This document shows positions 12,001 to 21,600 of a stretch of 64,000 nucleotides of DNA, piece after piece. The DNA lies in the NCBI GenBank assembly GCA_950097015.1, contig CATNEN010000031.1, positions 1,240,001 to 1,304,000 of the forward strand, read 5' to 3'. The notes under the pieces are model-generated. The model saw nothing but the letters and a program-made list of their open reading frames with translations. It did not search any database and had not been told where the DNA came from. How positions within the stretch are numbered: position 1 is the stretch's first letter; each line of letters opens with the position of its first letter. The translations under genes and the position numbers were made by a program. This DNA comes from Macrostomum hystrix (lineage: Eukaryota > Animalia > Platyhelminthes).

Positions 12001-14090
12001 ACGAAAGCATTGTACGTATTAACTAAATCCATTGGGAGTTAACTAAATTCTAAGAATCCTTTCATGGTAACCTCCGACTAGGTTAAGGCCCTACTGCACA
12101 TGGGTAATCCCTTCTGTGATTTACCCAAATAATCCCTACTAATCCTCTACAGCTAGAGATTTGGCATGTCTACTGGGATTTAGTCTATCTTTAATATTGG
12201 GATTTAGTTATCAGTAGAAAGACCTCGCTATTTTTTACCCGTGGTATTTCAAATACCCACTGCCCACTTCACGGCAGACCAATTGAATGATCGATATTCG
12301 TGAATTTCCACCATATGGATAAACATTTTCCACCCAGGTTTTTGCAACCAGCCACCCCGACGAGAATCGTTGAATATCTTTAAATTTTGAATCGTTTAAT
12401 GTTTTGGATTATTTTCATGGTGATTAATGAAATATTTAGAATAATACAGAAAATATGAAAATATGCGTATTTGAAATGCCCCTGTTGTCTTTCTACTGAA
12501 TCAGATGTGAGATCGAGGTTGCTGTTGCAGGAAGCATTCCATAAATTTAATTATAGAGAATTTCTTGTGTCTCTTCAATTGTCTCCATGCTTCCCCAGGC
12601 AGCAGCAGATGAGTGAGCGCAAGGCTTTTATTCGTGCCAAATATCGCGAGCGCAGCTATGTCTGTCAGACGGTCGCATCAGACGCGACTCCCGAAGAACG
12701 CGCGAGCTCGCTAGCTCAAGATTTAGCCAGCGCTGTGCGGCAACGGCGCATGCCGCTGCTGTTGCAGGTGTTTGCAGAAGGCGGCGACCTCATGGCCCAA
12801 TCGGCCGCTCAGTTGTCGCCGCGGTTGACCCCGTTGGATGGCGAAACTCAGCTGCACGTGTTACTGAGAGAATCCGCTGAATCTGGTGCCGACAATCAGC
12901 AGCAGCTGGACGAAGGCGGTCCGACTGATGCCGACTGTTTGCGCCGGCTAGCCGTGCTGGAATTCGTGCTCCAAAATTCTCCGCTGGCCTCGCAGCGCCG
13001 TCGCACTCGGACCAACGGAGAGTCTCTGACGCACTATTGTGTGCGCTACAACCGGCCGGAGAGTCTGCGCGTCTGCCTGCGCGCACCGGGAATGGCGGCG
13101 GAGGCGGCGTCGGCGCGTAATTGCGATGGCCTGACTGCGATTGAGCTGTGCTCAAAGCTTGGAGGCCGCGAAGCATGCGCTCAAATTGTAAGTCGATTAC
13201 GGATTGTAACTTTTAAATTTGTTTTTTGACGGAGGAAGTCGGTTTGTTTAGCTTTCTCTTATTTTCTTAATACCCAGTTGCGTGCAGTGGAGAGCGGCAG
13301 CCTATCTGTGCTGGACAACCCTGGCTATTTGTATTCTACTGTAGCCGGGTGCCACCGTCCTCCATTGGGCAGCGAGGCCAGCTATCCTGATCTCAGCCTC
13401 TGCTCTGAGGACATCAGCTGTGATATTGGCGGCAGCGGCTGCGGCCGCACTTCTCCCAGTTGTCGCAGTAGCGGCGAGAGCAGCAGCGGAGCCGTTGCTG
13501 TAGCTGCATCTGCCGCCGCTGCTGTCGCTTCTAGACAGCTGGTTACGCCGAACAAAAAATCAAAAGCGCCAATTCCACCGTCGCTCCAGTCGCAGCCGCC
13601 TCCACCGCCATCAACACAGCCGCCGCCAACACCGCCAGCACCTCCAATGTCGCCAGTAAGCGTGTACCGTAGACAGTCCAGAGAAGAAGGCGGCGTCCGC
13701 GTCGCCAGCGCTTACGATAGCGTTCAGATTGTCATCGACGCTGCAATGGAGAGCTTTCAATTCGATGTGCAAGAGACGGCGTCGTCACCAGTAGCAATTT
13801 CACCAGCGGAACCTCCGCTGCCGACGTTGCCGACGCCGCAGCCGCCACAGCCGCCTCCACTGCCACCTTTGCCGCCGAAGCCTAAGCCTAAGCCGGCTCC
13901 GCTGCCAAAGCCAGCTCCGGTGCCGATGCCAAAGCCGCGCCTGTCTAGAGCATCGATGCCACCAATGCAGCTACAGTCGCTGGTCGCTGAGGCTTCAGCT
14001 GCTGCTGCCAATGCCTCAGTCGCAGGCGCTGAAAATTCCTCTTCAGCGTCAATTGAGGACGGTCAGCAAGCAAATTCATCTAGCTTTTAA
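73..14090 (+). CDS. ASAP: ASAP-family Arf-GAP (BAR-PH-ArfGAP-ankyrin-Pro-rich), 5' partial; exons 73-145, 304-449, 1830-2015, 3660-3713, 7846-7931, 8014-8173, 8336-8563, 8638-8992, 11515-11752, 12599-13187, 13278-14090 (975 aa in window)
   Basis: All introns GT-AG with matching phases. The translation gives a BAR region ([17 protein letters not shown]; [10 protein letters not shown]), PH ([15 protein letters not shown]; NRTYSFQ), ArfGAP zinc finger ([37 protein letters not shown]) and ankyrin repeats, in the order recalled for human ASAP1. Confidence 0.95.
895..1621 (+). mobile_element. tRNA-derived SINE with CORE-like central domain, interrupted by a TIR element at 943-1361
   Basis: A-box (gccttgtggttagag), B-box (ggttcgattcc) and central GTGTCCTTTAGCAAAACACTCAAC..CACCCAGCTGTTAATTGGGTACC; colinear with the reverse complement of 50688-50985. 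Confidence 0.85.
943..1361. mobile_element. Non-autonomous TIR element (MITE), probably CMC (CACTA/Mirage/Chapaev) type
   Basis: Ends CCCGCTAAAAAAT / ATTTTTTACAGGG (imperfect TIR), GA duplicated on both sides (941-942, 1362-1363), absent from the intact SINE copies; internal inverted sub-repeats; no ORF. Confidence 0.75.
2095..3150. repeat. 43-bp minisatellite (GAGATCCCATGAGGAGATTTTCGAGTGCATTCTCATTTCCCAA) in ASAP intron
   Basis: Head-to-tail units, period 43 (2231 to 2274), no unique spacers. Confidence 0.95.
3870..4396. mobile_element. Putative MITE with ~45-bp imperfect terminal inverted repeats
   Basis: Left CAAGGGGGGAATTCCCC..TTTTTGTGCTGCACCCGAACG vs right reverse complement CAAGGGGGGGAATTTCCC..TTTTTTTGGCAGCGCCTGAATG; no clear TSD. 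Confidence 0.5.
4554..7463 (-). CDS. Nested antisense gene of unknown family in ASAP intron; exons 7463-7137, 6873-6302, 5907-4554 (750 aa); possibly degenerate ankyrin plus SOCS/BC-box-like
   Basis: Three non-repetitive ORFs on one strand join in frame through AAG|GTGAGT..CACTAG|AAC (phase 0) and AA|GTGTGA..TTCCAG|T (phase 2); total 2253 nt = 751 codons. The second donor is weak. Confidence 0.65.
6070..6247. repeat. 33-bp minisatellite in predicted intron 2 of the nested gene
   Basis: About 5 units of GGATTCAGGTAGCTCAAAGTTCGGGGAAATCCG. Confidence 0.9.
9493..10161 (-). CDS. EPDR: Intronless secreted ependymin-related protein (222 aa), copy A, nested antisense in ASAP intron
   Basis: Signal peptide [16 protein letters not shown]; ependymin-like pattern C-x-x-[13 protein letters not shown]-x-[14 protein letters not shown]; N-glycosylation sequons NGT and NYS; strong C/G third-position bias. 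Family call is from recalled motifs, not a profile search. Confidence 0.8.
   Translation of the reverse strand: MKLLLLISALLATALACENPPREGAIGVAGLGYHNGTYLKLLGGIAGSKEKKKVAAYFKVQSKNYSGHHYTLFDFEQGVGYYAWGTSAANAQCVKIPVSHAKHFLTLCPKLWPNHRVVARSTVTHRKVPISVHCGRKTKGDLSIKLGGVIDDRCVPILIKKKYTKNGKCSGGILFFFGFHDPKDKYFELPELCASAKFYKPKRGEGKKPQSHNTHGVPTPDS
10728..11215. repeat. 32-bp minisatellite (GAACAGTCATCACACAGGAAGAACATGAGGTT)
   Basis: Contiguous tandem units, period 32. Confidence 0.95.
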
Positions 14091-14262
14091 CTCCAGTACT
14101 GAACTAAAAACTGTTTAAGCAAACCATGATATTAATTTGATAAATTTTCGCCTGCTTTTTTTGCTTACACTCGCGCAAAACTACAATTGAGAAGAATTAC
14201 GACTGGCTGAAAACAACAAGTTTAGTCGAATTCCAATACGCAAGTAAAGTACTTCCGTGTTT

Positions 14263-14381
14263 CGCAAGTACTTTAGTACGCAAGTACTTTAGTACGCAAG
14301 TCTTTAGTACGCAAGTACTTTAGTACGCAAGTACTTTAGTACGCAAGTACTTTAGTACGCAAGTTCTTTAGTACGCAAGTA
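14263..14381. repeat. 16-bp tandem repeat (CGCAAGTACTTTAGTA) in probable ASAP 3' UTR
   Basis: About 7 units, ~170 bp after the stop codon. Confidence 0.9.
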
Positions 14382-15349
14382 CCCATTGAAAGTTAGGGTT
14401 ATTGTCGTCATTAGTTTACGCAGCGAAATTGAACGAAAACGTATTCTAATCAACAGTTAGTAATTTTTCGTTTCCTTCTTCCAGAGAAAAGTCTTGCTAT
14501 TTATTATCTGTCTCTTTCTTCATTACGCTTTCCCTCTTAAATCATTCCTAAAAAAATTAACAATGTCATTCGTTGTGTCAGTATATAAAATTTATTATAT
14601 ACAGTTTTTTGCGTACAAATTTTTGCATCTCGAACAGTGTGTGTTACTGATTGCAATGTAAATATTCAGCTTTTGCGTTTTTAAGTCTCTTCCAGGCGCC
14701 AAGATATTTTTCCATCACAAAGTCTTCCAATTTTGTCCCCAGAAAGAAATTTAACTCCTATAGTCTCCGTATGTAGTCTCTTTGATTCCAAAGCGATTCA
14801 ATAAATATTTATTTTACTATCTCAGTCTATCTTATTTCAGTATTCCTATCTCAATCTGAGATGTATTTACTTGTTATTTCCCAGCTAAATTGTTTATTTA
14901 TTTATTTCTCGCGCCAGAGTCCATTGTGTTGATCACCCTCCTGGCTATTTTAAAATTGCTTTGTTATTACCCCTGATGGCTGTTAGCAGTTGTATATCGA
15001 TTTTAAAATCTTTATTATTATATAACGAGGTTTGCATTTTTGATTCAATATTTATACATTGCTTGTATGCATTGAGTGATTCCAGTTTGGCTAACAAGAT
15101 GTGATCTTTTGCTAAAATCTTTGCCGATCAAGCCGTTTATTATATCTATCTGTTTGTCAGTAGTTCTTTTTCATTATTGTTTTTTACTCCTAACTTAATG
15201 CATAAAAAGTTTTTTGCGCTTCCTTTGTCACTACCTGTGTGATGCAAGTGTAATTAAATAAATTAATTTCATTTGCAGGGTCACCAGCTTTGCCTACATT
15301 GGGTCTCATTGCACGGTTTTCCAAAATTATTCCAGCTGATAGGCTCGAT

Positions 15350-15690
15350 TCCTCATCCACCCAACTTGGGCATTCACCCATCCTTATCACCCACCCATCT
15401 TGGGCATTCACCCATCCTTATCATCCACCCATCTTGGGCATTCACCCATCCTTATCATCCACCCATCTTGGGCATTCACCCATCCTTATCATCCACCCAT
15501 CTTGGGCATTCACCCATCCTTATCATCCACCCATCTTGGGCATTCACCCATCCTTATCATCCACCCATCTTGGGCATTCACCCATCCTTATCATCCACCC
15601 ATCTTGGGCATTCACCCATCCTTATCATCCACCCAACTTGGGCATTCACCCATCCTTATCACCTACCCATCTTGGGGCATCCCATCCTTA
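15350..15690. repeat. 34-bp minisatellite (CACCCATCCTTATCATCCACCCATCTTGGGCATT)
   Basis: Period 34; produces the repetitive His/Pro ORFs at 15273, 15290 and 15400. Confidence 0.95.
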
Positions 15691-15797
15691 TTACTTCGCT
15701 ATTTCAGGCATTCGCCAGGCTTATCACCCATATTTTTATGGCATCCTTATCCTTATCACCAATTAGCATTTACCTGTTTCTGAACACTGAATTCCAG

Positions 15798-16849
15798 AAC
15801 ATCAACCAGAGCTCCGGCGGGCTCGCCCCGGGCACCGCCACCTACGTCACTATGCCTGGCGCCGGCGGCGCTGTCAGTATTCAGCAGTCGCAGCCCCCGC
15901 AGCAGCAGCAACAGCAGCAGCAAGCGGTGACAACCTGCATACCGCTGTCAGCCTCGGTCCAAGGCGGTGTTCCCGTGTCCGTCTCCGTGTCTGGCGGGCC
16001 CCAGTCCGTGACCGTGCTAGCCCCAGCTGGCGGGGCCGGCGGCGCTGGGCCCCAAGTTATCCACAGTCACTTCGTGCCGCAAACCCAGCTGCAGCAGCAT
16101 CGAGTATCCGTGACACCTACTACCGTTGTGGCCGCGCCCGCTGCCGTGGCCCCGTCCGTATCGACTGCCGCATCGGTAGCGTCTGTGTCAGCAGCATCGG
16201 CGCAGTCAGCTGGTCAACCAGCGACAGCGGCTGCTGCTGCGGCCAATGCTAATAAGTAAATACTTTACTGCTGTTTTTGTTAGGCTTCTCTCTCGGCCTC
16301 GCCCTTTATAGGTTTCATCCACCTGCCTCACCTACTCATCCATCTGCCTCACCTACTCATCCATCTGCCTCACCTACTCATCCATCTGCCTCACCTACTC
16401 ATCCATCTGCCTCACCTACTCATCCATCTGCCTCACCTACTCACCCACCTGACTCACCTACTCACCCACCTGACTCACCTATTCGCTCACGCAACGCTTT
16501 CAGGCAGGTAGAGCCGCGCCAGCTTGCTGACCTCGCCAAGCAGCTCGATCCGACGCTACTCTTAGACGACGAAGTCTCCGACCTGCTCCTTGAACTGGCC
16601 GACGACTTTGTCGACGCCGTGGCTCACCAGGCCTGCCAGCTGGCCAAGCACCGCGGCTCCTCCGTGCTGGAGGCTAAAGATGTCGCGCTGGTTGTTGAAA
16701 GGCACTACGGCATTGAGGTGCCCGGCTTCGCCGCCGAGATCGGCCCCGGTGGTAGCGGCGGCGCTCTGCGGGCGCCGAGAAAGCAGCTGACTACGGAGGC
16801 GCACAGGCAGCGCCTGATGCTTATCAAGAAGGCTATGAAGAAGCACTGA
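15798..16849 (+). CDS. TAF12: TFIID subunit TAF12; exons 15798-16255 and 16504-16849; start codon unresolved (in-frame ATG at 15852, or an upstream exon)
   Basis: Histone fold LADLAKQLDP..LDDEVSDLLLELADDFVDAVAHQACQLAKHRGSSVLEAKDVALVVERHYGIEVPGF and C-terminal TTEAHRQRLMLIKK; phase-2 intron AA|GTAAAT..TTTCAG|G; Gln/Ala/Val-rich N-terminal exon. Confidence 0.93.
16313..16480. repeat. 21-bp minisatellite (CATCCATCTGCCTCACCTACT) in TAF12 intron
   Basis: About 8 units inside intron 16256-16503. Confidence 0.92.
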
Positions 16850-16989
16850 TGTAGCTATTTTCATACATTGCTCTGGGATAAAACTGTATCTTAACGCTAA
16901 TAATTAAGAACAATGAGCTATTTGGTTCTTTTGGATCCATCGTCTAACTTCTTTTTTCTTCAAGACTTCGGTGTCTACCCTTCATCAGC

Positions 16990-17710
16990 TTCAGGCCTGA
17001 TCCCTACCCTCCACAGATCTCTAGCACTGATCCCTACCCTCCTCAGATCTTCAGGCCTGATCCCTACCCTCCTCAGATCTTCAGGCCTGATCCCTACCCT
17101 CCTCAGATCTTCAAGACTGATCCCTACCCTCCCTCAGATCTTCAGGACTGATCCCTACCCTCCCTCAGATCTTCAGGACTGATCCCTACCCTCCCTCAGA
17201 TCTTCAGGCCTGATCCCTACCCTCCTCAGATCTTCAGGCCTGATCCCTACCCTCCTCAGATCTTCAGGCCTGATCCCTACCCTCCTCAGATCTCTAGCAC
17301 TGATCCCTACCCTCCCTCAGATCTTCAGGCCTGATCCCTACCCTCCTCAGATCTTCAGGCCTGATCCCTACCCTCCCTCAGATCTTCAGGCCTGATCCCT
17401 ACCCTCCCTCAGATCTTCAAGACTGATCCCTACCCTCCCTCAGATCTTCAGGACTGATCCCTACCCTCCCTCAGATCTTCAGGACTGATCGCTACCCTCC
17501 CTCAGATCTTCAGGCCTGATCCCTACCCTCCCTCAGATCTTCAGGACTGATCGCTACCCTCCCTCAGATCTTCAGGACTGATCGCTACCCTCCCTCAGAT
17601 CTTCAGGACTGATCGCTACCCTCCCTCAGATCTTCAGGCCTGATCCCTACCCTCCCTCAGATCTTCAGGACTGATCCCTACCCTCCCTCAGATCTTCAGG
17701 CCTGATCCCT
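16990..17710. repeat. 30/31-bp minisatellite (CTGATCCCTACCCTC(C)CTCAGATCTTCAGG(C/A)) between the convergent TAF12 and DGK 3' ends
   Basis: Contiguous tandem units. Confidence 0.95.
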
Positions 17711-18084
17711 TATAAAATGCGTTATAAAAATAGACAAAGTTCATAAACGTGTTCGTGGATTGGCGAGCTGAATTTTATATGGAAGAATTGTAGGATTGAT
17801 TCCTTAGCACTGTTTCCTGTGCGTTTTTTGTACCTGTTTTGCATTGTGTACTCGTAAGAGAAATTAATGCGTACTTCGTACAAATTTTAATTGCTTTGCT
17901 TCTATATAGTTAATTGTTCGTCTCCGCCATTTAACAAATATATATTTCCATAATGCTGAAATGTAACATTGCTGTAATTTCTAATCTGTCTATATGTAAT
18001 TCGGATAGGCATTGTGTCTATTGGGCTAATTATTTTATTTGTTTGCATCCTTATTCCAGAACGAAATTCCCGATCCCGATACCT

Positions 18085-18340
18085 AATCCTGATTCTGATC
18101 CTTATTCCAGATCCCTATCCATATACCAGATCCCTATCCATATACCAGATCCCTATCCATATTCCTGATCCCTATCCATCTTCCAGATCCCTATCGATAT
18201 TCCAGGTCCCTATCCATATGCCAGATCCCTATCCATATTCCAGATCCCTATCCATATAACAGATCCCTATTACTATCCCAAATCCCAATCATTATTCCAG
18301 ATCCCATCACAATTCCAGATACCTATCACTATTCTATATC
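18085..18340. repeat. Degenerate 18-bp repeat (CCAGATCCCTATCCATAT)
   Basis: Tandem units decaying at the edges. Confidence 0.85.
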
Positions 18341-18698
18341 CTTAACCCTAATCCAGATCCCCTTTCTATTTAGAGAATCCCATGTGATTCCCTTCCCTGT
18401 ACTGAATGCCAATATACCGTAAAAGTAAGAAAGCTTTACAATTCCGTCATCGATGCATTTTCCTCGGCTTAGTCGCAGCTGGATAAAATGTATTGGAATT
18501 GTTGAATGCTTTGTGTACTTGCAGTGAGTTTTTATTGAACAAAAAATAAAACATTTCTTAGGAATTCATAGTCATAACAGACACGGAATACAGCAGGGTT
18601 ACGCAGCTATTGAGGGTCATTGTGTGCTGTAGTCTATCATTATGTACAGCTAGAGGAGTTCATTCGAATTCGACTTGTATAGCTCGAAGGTCGCCGGC

Positions 18699-21600
18699 TC
18701 ACACTGCGGTCTCTTGATTCTCCTTGCGCACCAGCTGAATGTGCTCCTGGCCTGCGGTGGTTGGGGATGACGGAGTGCGATCACTGCTCACTCTCAATTC
18801 ACCTCACCCTAAAATCCCCATGAGGTAGCGAGGATCACTGCTCACTCTCAAGTCCCCATGAGGTAGCGAGGATCACTGCTCACTCTCAAGTCCCCATGAG
18901 GTAGCGAGGATCACTGCTCACTCTCAAGTCCCCATGAGGTAGCGAGGATCACTGCTCACTCTCAAATCCCCATGAGGTAGCGAGGATCACTGCTCACTCT
19001 CAAGTCCCCATGAGGTAGCGAGGATCACTGCTCACTCTCAAGTCCCCATGAGGTAGCGAGGATCACTGCTCACTCTCAAATCCCCATGAGGTAGCGAGGA
19101 TCACTGCTCACTCTCAAGTCCCCATGAGGTAGCGAGGATCACTGCTCACTCTCAAGTCCCCATGAGGTAGCGAGGATCACTGCTCACTCTCGACTCCGAT
19201 GTAATGAGGATCGATTTGCTCGCTCTCTACTCCCCATACAGAAAAGAGGATCGCTGTGCTCACTTTCAAGCCACTGAGCCAGCTCTTTGTCCTCGGCTTT
19301 GAAGGCCTGCTGTCTCGGCGTCAGGCCGCTAAAGTCAGCCGTGGTCAAGCTGGCCCCGGCCTGCACCAGCAGCTGGCAGATCTGCCTGCGCTGATACCAG
19401 CTGGCCTTGTGCAACGCTGTCTGGCCTTTTTCCAGATCGGTTTGATCAAGCAGCTTCGGCGGACCTGTTAAATGCGGAGTGAAATTAGTCTGAAAATTAG
19501 CAATGAGCCCCGACGACATCTTCCACGACGTAAAAGCTCACTACAACACTCTTCTCAGTCCAATATTGACCTCGATCCAACACTCACCTCACTCCAACAC
19601 CCACCTCAGTCCAATATCGATCTCGCTCCAACACCCACCTCACTCAAACACTCACCTCAGCCCAACACCCACCTCACTCCAACACCCACCTCAATCCAAC
19701 ACCCACCTCACTCCATCACCCACCTCACTCCAACATTCACCTCACTCCAAAATCGACCTCACTCAAATATCCACCTCAGTCCAATATCGATCTCGCTCCA
19801 ACACCCACCTCACTCCAACATCCACCTCACTCCAAAATCGACCTCACTCAAACATCCACGTCACACTCTAACACCAACCTCCCTCTATCATCCACCCTAA
19901 TCTAACAGTCCGACTCGCAGCCATCGGATCGGGTGCTATTATCGATAGGTCTATTCCGCTGAACCCTGAGCACACAGTTGCCCTGACGTTTTCCTTGTCT
20001 GAAAATTGCTAAAACATAATCCATGGGGGCCTTGTAGGTTGGTCCCCTAGTGGGTGAAAATTGCACGATCAGCCCAAAGCTACAATTGGTAAATTCCAAT
20101 ATAACGTACCGTATTCAATGAGGTAGGCGACAATGTCCATGTAGCCGAATCGGGTAGCGTGGTGCAGGCAGGTCATGCCGGCGCTGTCGGTGGCGCCCAG
20201 ATCCGCGCCCTCCTCGCGCAGGCAGCGCATCTTGTCCAGACAGCCGCGCTTGCAGGCGTCAATCAGCGCTTTGTTCAACGCCGCCGCCGACGTTGTCGAT
20301 GCTGCTGATGCGGCTGCGGTGACTGAAGCTGTTTCCGGGCACAGTTCCGGTGAGCCGGGTTCCGAACTGGAAATGTTCCCGGGGATTTTGTTACAGTTAA
20401 ATTCCAATTCAACAGTTCCACCATGCTACTTGCAGTGATAGACACGCACGACGAGGGTATTGAAGAGTGCACAGTATATGAGAAATTGCTAGCGTTGTTG
20501 AAATTCTGTTGCACCAAAACTTAATTACTATTAGTAGTATCGTTGCTTAGTTAATTAGAGGACAGGAGAGGAAACAGTTTATTAGTGTTTTAGCTATAAC
20601 AATGAAATCTTCGTGTTTTTAACGGTGCAGTTTTTCCCTGATTTTTTCCCAATATCGTTTTTTGGCTGTAAACTCCTACTAACAGTAGAGCAATTTGCGC
20701 ATTTTTTTCCGACAGAAAATGGCAAAAATGATTCACGCAAGACTGAAGCAGAGGAGACAGGGCAAAGCAGGACACAGCGGAAGCAGTTTTTTATGCAGAA
20801 TTTAGCGACAGACTGGTCAATGAAACTGCGCAAATTCTGTGCATCATTTGCCACTCTTAATTGTTGTGCATAGATAGTTCATTGACTGGCCGACCAGATT
20901 CTTTCTAGCCTGGTGCATTGTTGATTAAAGGTGATAATTTTAAATTTAAGGTCCTTGTGAGTTTTTTATTTGCTTGTATTTTACGACATAATTATCTGAC
21001 GATTTCAGGCTATGACATAATTTGCGCACATCTAAACTTGGTTAATAAATTTGAAAAAACATAGGAAGTGATAAGTGGCTTTGAAAGGAAGCTAAATTTC
21101 AAATTCAGATACTACTAGAATTAGTAGTACATTTGCTGAGGCGCAGACTCCGAGCCAGTCGGCTCGCCGCTGCTGATTGCAACCGATCGGTGTAGCCGGC
21201 GCTTCACATGCAGCCTCCTGTTGGGTCTGAGGTGCGTTGAATGCTCCCCGTTGCGCTGACGGGCTCAATAATTCACCCATCAAACATGACACTTATCAAC
21301 CCAACTTCCCGCCTACCTCACTCCCACACCCACCTCACTCCAACAAACCACCCCTATTCAACACCCACCTCACTTTAACACCCACCTCACTTTAACACCC
21401 ACCTCACTTTAACACCCACCTCACTTTAACACCCACCTCACTTTAACACCCACCTCACTCCAACACCCACCTCACTCCAACAACGACCTCACTTCAAACC
21501 CGACACCCCCACACATTAAGTTCTGCACACACCTCCTTCTGCCATCTCACACCCCACCACTCTTAACAACTACCAACGAAACTCACAATACACCTCACTC

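Noticed and set aside
15273-15797. 5' part of the 328-aa ORF as the TAF12 N-terminus
   Set aside because: It is the 34-bp minisatellite read through upstream of the acceptor at 15797.
16277-16503. HPSASPT repeats as part of TAF12
   Set aside because: Intronic 21-bp array; the flanking exons join in phase without it.
21092-21292. GC-rich 66-aa ORF as an extra DGK exon
   Set aside because: Exons 18 and 19 already join in phase, and no convincing acceptor/donor pair was found; a minor exon cannot be excluded.
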